64,000 nt of DNA, from NCBI RefSeq assembly GCF_009914755.1, contig NC_060927.1; one strand, given 5' to 3'. The notes beneath the pieces are model-generated. The model made no database searches. It worked only from the letters and a program-made list of their open reading frames with translations, and had not been told where the DNA came from. The DNA comes from the human T2T-CHM13v2.0 reference genome, Homo sapiens. Below, piece by piece: positions 12,411 to 32,180 of the stretch (its first letter is position 1; the number at the start of each line of letters is the position of its first letter). The position numbers and the translations under genes are program-made.

Positions 12411-15400
12411 CTTTTCCTTTGGCCTAAGACAAATCTACATGTTCTACAATTTTCCCTAAGTTAATATGGATGACATCTTTGATTCTACTCAGAACTTTCT
12501 CTTCAAAAACAAGGTGATTTGCCTGTTTTTGGCATATGTTATCATTCATTTTCCTGAGTACCAAAGAAAGGAAGGTAGACACTGGCAATGTGATTGAAAA
12601 GATTTCTCCTGCTGTTTCTCTCAAAATCTGTTGGAAGTTCTGCCTCTACAGCCAGCAAACCTGGATGAGGTCCCAATTGGCAGCATAACAGCACATATGG
12701 TGTTGCTGGAAATGGGTTTGTCCTCCTGCTTCAGTGCGTTAGCCCTTGGATGAAAAAGTCAACCAGACTTACATACTGTACTTTTGTTTTTAGGGCCTTA
12801 AGAGTGTGGTCACCTCTGGTCCAAAGCTTATTTCACATTAGCCCTGATTCAGCTGTCTCTTCTAGTCTAGCTGAGCGGCAGTTGGTAAATTGCCTTATGC
12901 TAGACTCATGCGTAATGCCCATGTCTCACTACCCGGTGGATAGTCTTAGCGACTTTAATATTTATTTTTTTTCTGCAATGTCTTTATTTCTTTCACTTAG
13001 TTGAGATACTTCTGCTGTGTTGAGAAACTGGTGTCCTATATAAATTCAATTGAACCTGTGTCTTGATGATAATTATTGGATTTGTAGTATGAGATTAAGA
13101 CCTTTCTAAAGTTCAGCATAGACAGTTTTTGTCACTCTATTATTTAGTTATTTTGGTTAAGTTTACTGCTATCAGGAGGGAAACTCTTGTAAACATGACT
13201 TAATGTCTGGAAATTTTCCATACGTGTTTGAAAGAATAAATGATTTGGCTATAGCAAAGAAAGAATGGGACCACATACCCAACTAGGTAACTAAATAAAG
13301 AGGAAAATAAGGATGTAGTACAAGAGTTAAGGTGAATAAGGTTCAGATTTTCTGTTCTTGAGTTTCAGATGAAAATAGGAAATTAAAATAGAAATTTCCT
13401 GCACGTAGTTGCAAATATAGACTTGCACTCAAATTCTGTAACTGGCTTCTATGAGAAATGGGATAAAAAGAACCAACAGTAAAGAATGAATAACTTGGGA
13501 GACAGTTACAGAGAGGGAAGAGAAGCAGGATTCAGCAGAGGAGACAGAAAGGAAACTGATGAAGTGCTGCACAATAGTATTTCATTTGATGTATTTTAAT
13601 TGAATTTAATATCAAGAGATTCTTTGAGTTATAGGTCTTTCCTGCTATCACTAATGTTTCTTCATTTTTCACTTTGTATGTGCTTTATCCTTCCTAGTTC
13701 ATTTAGGCATACTTCCATCATTAAGATAACATATCTATAAGGTGACAATTCCAACTAGATATCCCTATCAGAACAAACCTCAAGTATTGTGCAATGTAAA
13801 ACCTTCATCATGGAATGAATATTAACGAATCATTTTCACAGGAAATGTTCTTTTATTGTAGACAAATTTGTGTTAGTGATTAGCACAGGAGTCTCTCCTT
13901 AATTAAAAGGCATTGCCAGGCTATTTCTCTCTTGATGACTAGATCCTTTTCATGCTGTTAATTCTCCATTGATAGCAATAGTTACAGCCAAGGTCTCCTA
14001 GTCACATATATGCTCTTCTTCTATCAGACCTTTATCCTTTTATTCAATATACCTTAATTAAGCCCCTATAACATAGTTATGCCAGATGTTGAGAGCAATT
14101 CAAAGATAATATGAGTGTCTCTGTCTTCAAGGAGATTACTATTCAGGGATTATTGATAGTCATTAGATTCAATTTTTTAAATTGTTTTATTTGTATTAAA
14201 ATCTTTCATTATCTCTGGAATCTATGTAGCAATATAGAAATAATCATTCTTACATGAGAAAATTTATCTAATTTACTCAAGGGAGAAAAGAAATGTGAAC
14301 TTAAGGGAAATTCAACTCACATTTCAAATTTGATCCTTCCCTCAGAAGCTATATCTGGCTTTAATAGAGTCATCTTTGATAAACATTAGCCTTGAATAGA
14401 GTATGCTCTCCAATTAATTACATGTTCAAAAATTATAATTAATGATTGATTAAGTGAGTCAACACACAGAACTTCCTCTTGTCCAGCACAGTGCTAGACA
14501 AGAGAAAGAAGTTTTTAAGTATGCCATAAATTGAGAACCAGCAGTAACATATAAAATAAATTTAAATACATTAACAGAGCATAGCCATGATCTTTACCTT
14601 AATTATGTATTGTTCTATTTCAAAATGGGTCAAATATAGTAGAGCAGACAATGAGGACTAAAACAGGCAGGGCAGATTAAAATGTCACAGAGAACAAAGA
14701 AGGGTGAAACCAATGTGAGCTGGAATAGTGGAGAAAATTTCCTTGAATTGCAAGGTATTGTCTTCTATTTAGTTCATCTTTTTAAATTCTATTTTCCCAG
14801 CTAGGTCCTTTAGTTGCTTCAATACTCATTATTTGACTCAGCTGTAGTATTGATTGAGTGTATAATTAACAGGTGAGAAGGCATTATTAAAGGCAGGTGG
14901 ATAGGAAACCAAATAAGATCCCTATAAAAAACACTGTTGAAAAGACTACAATGAAGAGGTGAATATATGACTTGTTTTTAGAGCCACTTCCTCATTTTCA
15001 CTAAACATACTACCTGGATTATATCCAGCGCTGAGCCTGCTGTGGGCCAGAGCTAATTTATCATGGTTGTGTTCTGGTCATAATTCCAGAAATTTGGGGA
15101 AGTGTTGTTCATATGAACCCAGAAAACAATTATGTGCTCTGTGCACATGTTTAACTAGACAATGATCAGAAATGACATTTTGTTACACAATGGCAAATTT
15201 GGATAGAATAAGTGAAGTTTTCTTGATTCCTGAATCCTCTTTGTACCAAACAAAATCACCAAAATGCACATGCATACAGAGCTAAAATGCTTTTGAATGT
15301 CCCTGATTTTTTAGTGTTTTTTTTTTTTCTGTTTCTAAGGCAGTTTGAACAAACCATTGCATTTTAATAGTGATAGTGGTGGCTACTAAGACACGAAGGT

Positions 15401-15885
15401 TCCTGTGCTCAACACAGGCCTCTCCTAAGTCCTTCTTTATCCTTCTCCTGTCTCTGCCTTTCTGTGTTGCAGTCACAGGTTTAAGTCAAAGGAGACCGCT
15501 ATGAGGCAATAAGAAAAAGACAAAGGGAATCTTATAATTTCTCAGCTCTTGTGTGTAGAAACACCTTATACTTCTACAGCGAATGGGGTATATGGGTCAG
15601 TCTGTGCCCTCTTATTTGAACTTGATGCTGACAAGTGATTCAGACAAAATAGGCTATGAAATTTATTTTAGTAGATACATGTTATTTTTATCCAAAATGC
15701 ATATAATGTCAGTACATTTAAAACTTAAAGTCAGCATATAAACAAGGCGTAGTGGTGCCCCATTATACTCTAGCTGAAAAAAACAGACCCAACATAGACT
15801 AGCCAGAGAATAAATATGACTGTATGTTAATTAACTACTAAATTATTAGTTAAAAGCAATAAATAATTAATAACATTTATTTTCA

Positions 15886-15925
15886 CTTTTATGTAAATGC
15901 ATTCTCTTTTATGTAAATGCATTCT
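15886..15925. repeat. Exact 20-bp tandem duplication CTTTTATGTAAATGCATTCT x2
   Basis: Read directly: 15886-15905 equals 15906-15925. Confidence 0.95.
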
Positions 15926-16314
15926 TAAAAAACATTTCTATTGAAATAATATTCTATTATTATATTTATTACTGTCTTACAAAATGAAAACCATCCAGTT
16001 TCAACCTATGGGATTCAGCTGCAGCAATCGACACTGAACATCTTAAAATTTCTAATCCCTTTCAGACTCTCTGAGTGAAAAACAGAAAAAGGGGTAATTT
16101 TTTAAAAAAAACCCAAATAAAGAAAGTTGAGAAATTCTGTAGGGCAAATAAAACCTTTTGGTAAACCAAGAAAAGAAGGCAAAAAGCAAGAGGGTATAGG
16201 AAAACCAGCAAGAAAAATTTTAAGTGGAGGGAAAAAATAATTAAAACATGTTCTTACCAAGAAAAATAAAATCAATGGCACAAGGAAATTGAAGTAAAAG
16301 GGAGACATTTGAGA

Positions 16315-16445
16315 AAAGGCATTATCTGGGGTTAAGACAGAGTTGCACAGAAGTCAGACAGGTCTAGTCTCACTTGTTCACTAGTTATGTGACTTTCTGC
16401 AGGATATTGAATCTATCTGGGTATCACTTCCACCTCTGTAAGATC
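16315..16445 (+). mobile_element. MIR fragment
   Basis: 'ggttaagacagag...agtcagacagg...cactagttatgtgactttctgcagg...cttccacctctgtaa'. Confidence 0.6.
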
Positions 16446-17883
16446 CCTTTTGCTTCAGAAATGTAAGCCCACTTCAAGTTCTCAAGTTCTTTTAGAGAAG
16501 ACCTTTTCGATCTCTTTGTTTCTATGCTGCTAGAGTTAACTACTGAAAAATTAACACTAATGAACCAACTACAAATAGCAAAGTACTGATTGAATACTGC
16601 CTGTTTTAGAAGGTTAAAATAGTCAAGTAAGATGAATAATTGAGACCTTGTTTCTCCAGGTATATTTTCCCATATCTACTGACAATTCCCCTGAGTGTAT
16701 GTGGCACCCTGATAGGCTAAGAATGACTGATATGGACTGATATCCCAGAAATACTGAATATTTCCTTAATGTTCTTTGAATAAAATGAAAGCAAGAGAAG
16801 AGAGATTTGTTTGTGATAATGAAGGATTAAACGCAGATTGATGGTTGTGCTTATGTAAAGATAAAATAAATTATTCAAGGAGTTTCTATGTTTTATAAGT
16901 GTTGTGCTTCTACTTTAGGTATTTCATTTAGTGTTTCCATTTTGATTATAAGTCATGCTGAAAATGACATAATTCATGTGAGGTGTTGTTAGAGGGTCTG
17001 GTATATGGCAAGTGTTCAATGACCATTAGCTTATTGTTAACCTGAAAGTGTGCTTATATTTCACAGCTTTTACCTTCCAGGTAAAAAGATGATCTAGCAT
17101 AGGCACATTTATGCATTTACCATAGGCACGTTTATCCATTAGCAGTAAATAATAAGGAATAGGATTGGGAAGAGGAAAAAGACGGGGACATAGAAATTAT
17201 TAAGAGAAATTTTTGCCATAATTTTTTCTAGTTCTGTCTCTGCCAATAATTAGTGTATACAAACACTTCAGAATCCCAAGTTCACAGCAGGAAGGAATAG
17301 TTGTTTAAATGTATGAATTAGAGTTTGATTTATCACAAAGGGAACTATCTTTTGGGATTATATTATTTTCCAGAATATGTAAAACATAAAGTTGCTTTAT
17401 GATTTCATTTAGAAGAGTACTTTCCCCTCATGTTAAGTTCAGAAGAAAATGGCAATGCTTTGTGAACAGAAAGCAGGTATCTGACAAGGTCTGGCTTTAA
17501 AAATAATAATGGAACTGAATACATGAAGCCCCTTCAATGTAAATGAAGCTTCTACCATGAGGGAGGAGTTGGTGGAGGGACAAACAAAAATTGCAAGGAA
17601 AATCTCGCTGTGGCTGGAAAAAGATCATAACAATTTAGAAAGATTTGAGAAAAATTATGTCCTGATCTTTAGTTATGAATTTTGAGCCCCAAAAAAATGA
17701 ATGTGTGGAAACCCTAAGACAGGTGAATGTGATTCAGAGTTATTTCTTAGATTAACAGGAAGAGTAACTTCCGCCTTTAAAATGGCCTGGACAAGGATCA
17801 AATAGCTAGAGCACATCAAAGGTAGGAGCACTGAAAAGACACTTAATACTCACTGATGGTCCTGATTTAGAAAAAGATATGCT

Positions 17884-18583
<700 letters not shown>

Positions 18584-18759
18584 TCAATTTCCAGCGCTTT
18601 CGTATACTAAAATCAAATACGTGAAAGGATAAATATCAGTATTAAAGGAGAATAAGGAAGTCCAAAGATTGATTAATCAATGATTGACACAGTTGAGTAT
18701 GGGTGTGAGAAAAGAGCCACATAGTATCCTTCCTGATATTAAAAAAAAAATGCTATAAG

Positions 18760-19890
18760 GTTTATTCAGTTGGTTCACAGTTGTACATGGCAGGCACTGT
18801 TTTGGGTCATAGGAGAACGCTGGATGACTTGAAGGTTTCTATTGAAAAGGAACTCAAAGTTTTGTGCATTAAAACACAGAAATAAATTGTTATAGCACTG
18901 AGTGATGAGAGTTTCACATAGCCAAGGGAAGGAGAAAGTGCATTGGAAGCCCAGTGAAGCGAGCAGCCACAGTGTGGAAAAGGTGGAGAAGGATGGCGAC
19001 TCGGTTCAAAGGAGATCTGATGTGAGTCCTGAAAGACAGGAAGTTTCTAGGAAGAGAAGGGGGATGAGGAAGGACATTCCTCACAGAATAAACAGCATTA
19101 ACACAATGCGAAGGGGTGAAAGGGCAGGGACCAATAGGGCACAGGAGAGGGGTCTGGGTGAAGGACCTGTTGGAAGCATTGTGAGAAGACCTGAGCCAGG
19201 AGATGAGGCTGCTTGCTGGGATGATTGCAGAAGACTTTGTAGGTCCTGTTGAAGAGTTGGAACTTTATCCTGTAGGCAGTGGGGGTGCTTCACAGTGAAA
19301 GATGTGTGTTTTTGAGAGATGGCACTGGTGACAATGTGGATGGTGGATTTTAGAAGAATGTGATTAAAGGTAAGAACACTTGAGAGTGCTATTCTCAATT
19401 TTGCAGGTGAGAAATTATAAAGGCTTTGATAAAGGCAGTGTCAGGGTAGTACAGATAACAGAAGGACTTCTCTGAGGGCTTGGATGATTGGACTCCATGG
19501 GGATGGTAAAGGAGAGAGAGCATTAAGGATGACTGGTTTCTTTCTAGAGGGGTGAATGTTGCATCATGTAGGGCCGGAGGAGGAGGAGCAAGTGATAGGT
19601 TTCTATTAAGACAGACAGGGCTTGCGGCACCAGTGAGAAACCCTGGTAATTTTTTAGGAAGCCAAAAAGATCCAGACTGGAGATACAAATAATTATTCAA
19701 TGACTTATGGGTCCTAGTTAAAAATCATGACAATGAATGAAATTATCAAGTAAGTATGTGTAGGAAAAAGATAAATAGAAGACCAAGGATAGAATCCTTG
19801 GGAACACTGAGATGTTGGAGGCACCAGAACAGGGATTGGAGACAACAAAATGATGCAAGAAGCAGCAGTCAGAGAAATTGGTGGAAAACC
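18760..19890 (-). mobile_element. L2 fragment
   Basis: 'catggcaggcactgttttggg' (reverse L2 end) and 'ggaactttatcctgtaggcagtggggg...gatggcactggtgacaatgtggatggtggatt'. Confidence 0.65.
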
Positions 19891-20094
19891 AGTAGAGTTA
19901 TATTTTGGCTAAACTATTGTATAAGAAATTGCATCATGGACTATTGTTACTATAATGTTATCCAAATGTGAGCATATCTAGTCAGTGGTGCCACGGAGTC
20001 ATATTTAGGTACCCCTACTCTCCTTGTGGAAATAACAAAAATTGCAGGTACAATTCACAATCAATAAATTGAAAGCCATTACTATACTACATTA

Positions 20095-20399
<305 letters not shown>

Positions 20400-20770
20400 T
20401 ATATATATATACACATATATATGTGTATATACGAGTATATATATTGTATATACATATATACATGTATATACACATATATACTCGTATATACACATATACA
20501 CACGTATATGTACATATGTATACACACGTATATGTACATATGTATACACACGTATATGTACATATGTATACACACGTATATGTACATATGTATACACACG
20601 TATATGTACATATGTATATACACGTATATGTATATACACATATATGTATATATGTATATACACATATATGTATATATGTATATGTGTATATACATATATA
20701 TGTATATACATATACAATATATGTATTGTATGTATATATATGTGTATATATATACACTATATATATGTAT
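20400..20770. repeat. Alternating purine/pyrimidine (TA/CA/TG) tract with five exact 24-bp units TATACACACGTATATGTACATATG (20495-20614)
   Basis: Read directly; lies between the Alu body and its 3' TSD. Confidence 0.95.
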
Positions 20771-21399
20771 ATATTGACCAAACCTACATCCCATTGACAA
20801 AAATGCATGGGATAAGCAATTACTTTATAGGCAAGCACTAAGGATTATTGAAGGTAGTAGTGCCTTGTCCAAACATATAAAAGTGGTAATAAACATGTAA
20901 AAGAGTTCAAATGAGTAATATGCTGGATGTTACCATATCCTTCCCATTTTTCACAAGATGTATATATACACATGTATTTAAACACGCAAGGAATCATGTA
21001 GAATATACTACTTTGGACTCATTTAAGAACATCAAGGTAACTATCTAGCTAGTAAAACTTATATGAGGTCTCGCTTGCTTCTCTTCCCAGAGGAAAAATG
21101 TTTCACTACACTCATTCACACACTCCATGTGTTTTCTCCATCAGTAAATACATGCCTTATGCCAAAATAAACTGGCCCAGAAAGAGTAAATAAATGATTT
21201 AGTACAATCCATTATCAGTACTGGAAAAAATTGGAGTGTATAACTTCTACAGACTGAGTCAGGAACACCAGGTTTTCACATGATGGTTGATGCGTGCTGT
21301 AGTGAGAAATGGGGACCTGAGGGACAGTTGTGATGTGGATGGGTGCCATCACATCCTGTGAGCTCAGGCTCGCCACAATGTATTAGGTTGCAACATATT

Positions 21400-21530
21400 A
21401 TGTTTCCCTACTCTGGGGTCTGTCTCCTCCATGGAACTATAAGCTCCTCAAGGACAAGAACAGCATCATACTCATTTTTCAACCATACCTGGCATAACGT
21501 AAATAATAAATCCATTAGGCTGAATCAACT
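21400..21530 (+). mobile_element. L2 3' end
   Basis: 'tgtctcctccatggaactataagctcctcaaggacaagaac...acctggcataacgtaaataataaat'. Confidence 0.6.
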
Positions 21531-22094
21531 TATAAGCAATAGGGGTTGTCATCCTAAAGAGAGGAAGAAAAGCCTAGCATAACCATAACATACGTGGGAA
21601 ATGGCTAAACCAATCCAAACAAGTGGGGCAATGTGGTTGTTTATGTTTATTTAACAGTGCAGAGAAGTACTGTCCTCTAGCAGAGAAGAGAACAAAGAGT
21701 AAATGTTTTCAGTTAAAAGAGCTCAGTTGGCAAGGGGGCCCATGCTTCAGCCATGGTACACAAGGAAATGCCATTCACTCCACCAATCAAGACAGATTTC
21801 TAGGTATGCTTTACACAAAACCCTGGGGTTTACCTTTGTGACACTTTGAGTTATTTGTTGAATGAAACTATTCTGACTGTGTTAGGTTATGGGGAGTTGT
21901 AAGCAAATAACATATTCTGGCATATAGTAGATATCAGAAAAATTATTAAATAAATATACTTGAATTTTAACTCTCAAAGTGCCTATTATAAATTGTAGGC
22001 TACTATTAACTGTGGCTGAGAACTGGCCATAAACATTCTTGGAAGGCCTGAGCTCAAGCCAGGGCAGTTAAAATACTACCAATCCATTTGTAAC

Positions 22095-22235
22095 AATCAT
22101 CAGCAATATTTACATAGTTCCAGATACTGTTGTAGGTTGTTCACATGTATTAGCTCATTTAGCCCCCATTTATAATCCCGTGGGATAATTATTATTATCC
22201 TGATTTTGTGGATGGAGAAACTGAGGCATAGAGAG
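22095..22235 (-). mobile_element. MIR fragment
   Basis: 'attattattatcctgattttgtggatggagaaactgaggcatagagag'. Confidence 0.8.
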
Positions 22236-23134
22236 ACATGGAAGACTGAAAGAGACATGGAAGACCCCCCCCGCCGCCAACGCCATCCTAAACTCTTATT
22301 GGGGAAGCCCTGGCTACTCACAATTACCAAGTCACAGGGAGCATGCATCAACAGTTAGAGGTCATCAAAACATGAGGGACCAAGAATAGAGGATATGGAA
22401 CAAAGGAATTAGCACTCTAGTCATTGGTTCAGGTAACTCTGATAGTATATAGTAAGGAAGATTAGGAACAAGCCTAGATTTCTGAGATATCGTAAAGGAG
22501 CCTAGGGCCACCACAATGGTAGACATTTAGAAAGGTCATGATTATTTCTGTATAGAAGTCAGGCTTAATAATACTGCTCCAAGTGCTATAACCTTTGGGA
22601 GCTAAATCACATTTGAAGAGGAAGGAAAATTACCAATGTCTTAGAGGGACAGGACTAGACTAAGCAAAGAGTGACTCACACAAGGTAAATTTAAACTTCC
22701 TCAAGTTGTGTATTTAATTCCATTTGAAGTTTAAGGACTCATAGTTACTGGGAAGCAGACATTTATATAGTAATATTTCTAAGATATCACTCAAATTTAG
22801 GTCAACTTTTCAGGTGATATATGAGATCATCCAGTTCAATTCAAACATCTCCCCTCTACCATGAACACCAGCTCATTTCATCTGGAAAAAAGCAAGAGAA
22901 ACTATGCACTACAGTTTTACTTATTGAATATGTAAAACATCTAATAAATAAGTGAACTATGTGACAGAGTAATGGGGAATTCTTTATTCTGGTAACTAAC
23001 AAAAATGTTAATTTTCTAGAAAGGTGGTGCCATAGAGGGAGAGGATGGTGAGGGGAAGGATTTAACCTTCTAAGTTACTTGGAATCTACGAATCTCCTGA
23101 AATTCTAAATAATGGTTTATGTACATGTGCTTTT

Positions 23135-24447
23135 TTATTATTATTATACTTTAAGTTCTAGGGTACATGTGCACAACATGCAGTTTTGTTACATATGTAT
23201 ACTTGTGCCATGTTGGTGTGCCGCACCCATTAACTCATCATTTACATTAGGTATATCTCCTAATGCTATCCCTCCCCCCTCCCCCCACCCCACAACAGGC
23301 CCCGGTGTGTGATGTTCCCCTTCCTGTGTCCAAGTGTTCTCATTGTTCCACTCCCACCTATGAGTAAGAACATGAGGTGTTTGGTTTTTTGTCCTTACGA
23401 TAGTTTGCTGAGAATGATGGTTTCCAGCTTCATCCATGTCCCTGCAAAAGACATGAACTCTTCATTTTTTATGGCTGCATAGTATTCCATGGTGTATATG
23501 TGCCACATTTTCTTAATCCAGTCTATCATTGATGGACATTCGGGTTGGTTCCAAGTCTTTGCTACTTTGAATAGTGCAATAAACACACATGTGCATGTGT
23601 CTTTATAGCAGCATGATTTATAATCCTTTCTGTATATACCCAGTAATGGGATTGCTGGGTCAAATGGTATTTCTAGTTCTAGATCCTTGAGGAATCACCA
23701 CAGTGTCTTCCACAATGGTTTAACTAGTTCACAGTCCCACCAACAGTGTAAAAGTGTTCCTATTTCTCCACATTCTGTCCAGGACCTGTTGTTTCCTGAC
23801 TTTTTAATGATTGCCATTCTAACTGGTGTGAGATGGTATCTCATTGTGGTTTTGATTTACATTTCTCTGATGGCCAGTGATGATGAGAATTTTTTCATGT
23901 GTGTGTTGGCTGCATAAATGTCTTCTTTTGAAAAGTATCTGTTTGTATCCTTCACCCACTTTTTGATGGGGTTGTTTTTTTCTTGTAAATTTGTTTGAGT
24001 TCTTTCTAGATTCTGGATATTAGCCCTTTGTCAGATGAGTGGATTGCAAAAATTTTCTCCCATTCTGTAGGTTGCCTGTTCACGCTGATGGTAGTTTCTT
24101 TTGCTGTGCAGAAGCTCTTTAGTTTAACTAGATCCCATTTGACACTTTTGGCTTTGGTTGCCATTGCTTTTGGTGTGTTAGACATGAAGTCCTTGCCCAT
24201 GCCTATGTCCTGAAGGGTGTTGCCTAGGTTTTCTTCTAGGGTTTTAATGGTTTTAGGTCTAACATTTAAGTCTTTAATTCATGTTGAATTAGTTTTTGTA
24301 TAAGGTATAAGGAAGGGATTCAATTTCAGCTTTATGTGTATGGCTAGCCAGTTTTCCCAGCACCATTTACTGAATAGGGAATCCTTTCCCCATTTCTTGT
24401 TTTTGTCAGGTTTGTCAAAGATCAGATGGTTGTAGATGTGTGATATT
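23135..24447 (-). mobile_element. L1PA (L1PA4/5-like) 3' segment of a 5'-inverted insertion
   Basis: T-rich tail, then reverse L1 3'UTR ('tatactttaagttctagggtacatgtgcacaac') and ORF2 C-terminus. Confidence 0.95.
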
Positions 24448-26748
<2,301 letters not shown>

Positions 26749-26751
26749 TAA

Positions 26752-27146
<395 letters not shown>

Positions 27147-27279
27147 CTACTAAATATTCCACACTGAATTGGAGGGATATCAAAAAGAATTTTCACCAGA
27201 GAGAGGTTAAACTGGTCATTACAATTCATACTTTCTCCTTAGAAAACATACATTTGTATTTTAGTGCAAATTCATCATA

Positions 27280-27525
27280 ATAACTGAAGAAGAGCCTGGC
27301 TCTGATGTGAGATCCTCAGGTTCAAATTCCAAACCCACCTCTTACCAGCTGCATAAGCGGAGAGATCTAACATCTCTCTTGCTCAGCTTTCTCCTCAATG
27401 AAATGAATATACAATGATATCTTCCTCCTACTGATGTTAAGAGGATTAAGTTACATTAAGTTCATGAAACCCGTATCAAAGAACCTGACACTCTGAAAAC
27501 ACTTACAAAATGTAAGCTATTATGT
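27280..27525 (+). mobile_element. MIR, near full length
   Basis: 'aagagcctggctctg...ggttcaaattcc...cttaccagctg...gctcagctttctcctcaatgaaatg...aaatgtaagctattat'. Confidence 0.8.
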
Positions 27526-28284
27526 TTATATAAGTGTGGTGAAGTGTTGTATCAAGAAAATAATTTTTCCCAATTTGCCAGGTTTTTTTCAGAGATCCAT
27601 GATGGCTCAGAAGTCAGTCATGAAGAAGCCCAGTCTTCATCTGCGTTTACTCTATTGTTTTTGTATTACTTTGTTAGGTACCGAGAAATCCACAGTTTGT
27701 AAAATGCTTTTGTTTTCTAATGATGACATGTTGCCAGGTTTTTGCCAAGCTTCCTCAAATATGAGTTGTAATTTAATTTTAAGTAAAATTTGAAACCCTT
27801 GGCACTCCTACTTGGCAACATAGAACTTCCTATTCTTAGGACAAAAGGCTTAACGAGTTCCTTTGAGTTTTCACAAAACAACATGTGTGTGAATAAAGAA
27901 ATAATCCAAAAACACATAATTAAATTTCCCTTAAAATAAGCATTCTCTCAGTTCCTTTGTTTTTAATTAGAGGAGAAACATTTACTAAACATTGAGTTAG
28001 TTACTTTGAATTTTTAAGAATAGTATGGAATGCTTCATGACAAAATTAAGACATTTAGCCAAAAGTGATTCCTTTTGAGGGTGGATTATGATTTGTCTCC
28101 AGGATTTACCTACAGAGAAAGGTAACAGAGTTTATTCACATAATAGGTTCATTCATTCCTTGAGAGCATGTAAGCAGCTCCCCTTAAAATTATTGTTCAG
28201 ATAGACAGACACAGAAAAAGAGGATGTAAAGATAGTGGCAGAGATTGGTGTTATAAGATTAAAATAAGATGTTTTGTTAAAGGG

Positions 28285-30285
<2,001 letters not shown>

Positions 30286-31169
30286 ATAGGCATATTTCTA
30301 CAGATAAAGAATCTGTCATTACAAAAATACTATTTTCTAACCATGGGAGTCATAATGATTCCATCAGTCCATTACTCCATTACAGAGCTAGACAAGACTG
30401 ACATTTCTAAGGTACCAATGCCAGCCTCCTTTTTAACCCACTTTAGATTTAACTTGAACTAGCATTTGTTAAATGCCTACTATATGTGTGTTACCCTGCT
30501 TTATGTTTGCACCCACAAACAAGTATACAAATAGTCCCAAATGAGATTACATTACATAATAAGAGTATTTACTACAATTTTATGAATGACACCAAAGCAC
30601 AATAAGGGAAAGTATTAGCTTATGTAAAAATTTGCATGCATCCAAATACCCTTCTGACTTTGGGTTTGAAAATATCCTTTATTCCAAGTACTAATAAATC
30701 CAAATGATATAAAAACTACAATCAATATTAATTAATGCTCACCAAAAAGGAATTTTCAGAGCAGCTTGCGAAAGTCTCCAATAAAGAAGTCAGGTAGAGG
30801 TTTAATGAGTAAGCCTGAAGACAAACATACAAAATATCAAAATATGTTTGGATATGACCAAAACACAGAAAACAGTTGAGGAGGCCATTTAGAAAAATGC
30901 CCTTTGATTGTTCAAACTTTTCCAATTAAGGGGATATGATAATTGTATATAGGCCGTGGCATCAAGCATATATGTTAGAAATCACCCACACCTTTCCACA
31001 TATAATACTAAATTTAAAATCACCAAAAAAAGTAAATATAAATGCCCCCATGTTACTAAACCATGTAGATGAAAAGTAAAAATTCAAGTCACTTTTTAGG
31101 TAGTATAGATGTATAAAACATCCATATCTTTTCAAATGTCCTAGTACTTAAATCATTAAACATTTTGAC

Positions 31170-32180
31170 CATCTTCTCTTTTTTCCTCCTTTCTCTCAAC
31201 ATATACTCTCTTAACAATCACTAGGTTTCTGTTATTACTGCTGTAGAACTCCTAGATCTATGATTCCATCCTGATATGAGCCCAGCACTAATGAAAACTC
31301 TGCTCCACCTTTCCACTTGGTAGTCTACCTACACTTCAAGCTCAATATGCATCAAATTGAATATATTCTCGTCCCTCGAACACATGCTTTCACATGACAT
31401 ATAAATTTGGTTTATGGCACCATGAAAATCAACAGTACTCACATTCAAATTGAATGCCAACTGACACCGATTCTACAATTGGCAGATCTAGAATACATAT
31501 CCTTTCCTAACTTCATTCTTATTATATTAATCCAAACCTTAATTATCATCCCTTGCCTTCACCAGTGCAAAATTTCCTAGTTCTTTTTCTTTGGCCTACT
31601 GTTAATCCTTGATTTAACATTTACAGCTCCAGCTACCTTTACAACTTTACATCTCAGACTATTGCTTAATGGATACCAATTTTATGAGGCAATCCCTTCT
31701 CACATTCTGGGGCAAGTGCCCCACTCTTTTTCCCTTTCCAGTCTAACCAAAAATGTTCCTACCATATTCCAATTATATGATTTGAATGGGAATCATCATG
31801 TTCTAATGGATTGTGCCTTCCCTTCTCTCCAATATCCTCATTTAAGTCTTACTTGTGTTTTCTGCATTTTTACAACCGAAGTGTCTCTGTTATATGGCCC
31901 AAACTCCAGCTAGAATGAAAACATTCACTTTAAAGCTCAACTGAATGTCATCTTGTCCAGAAGGCATTCCTGAATCTCCCAGCTATGTTTAAGTAATCTG
32001 CTTAGGCATAAGAGTTTGTTTACATCTCTTTTGTGGCACTCTCTAATATCTTTATAACTTCCATAACAATTATAGTATATGTGCATAACTTTCTCCCCTT
32101 TTATACTCTAAGCTCCTTGGTGATAAGGCCATATGTATTATAAACAACCAGGAAATGTCGAATAAATGATTGGATGGATG
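31170..32180 (+). mobile_element. L2 fragment
   Basis: 'acacttcaagctcaatatgcatcaaattgaa' and 3' end 'ctctaagctccttgg...gaataaatgattggatggatgaa'. Confidence 0.6.

Noticed and set aside
15430-15600. Plus-strand pyrimidine tract with tandem acceptors (ttgcag/tcacag)
   Set aside because: Stops in all frames downstream and no convincing donor; cannot define an exon.
18902-19398. 116-aa and 105-aa opposing ORFs
   Set aside because: Both lie in a decayed L2 remnant with skewed composition and have no coding hallmarks.
27580-27705. Possible plus-strand exon reading IHDGSEVSHEEAQSSSAF
   Set aside because: Short pyrimidine tract, weak donor (TAG|gtaccg), unrecognised peptide.
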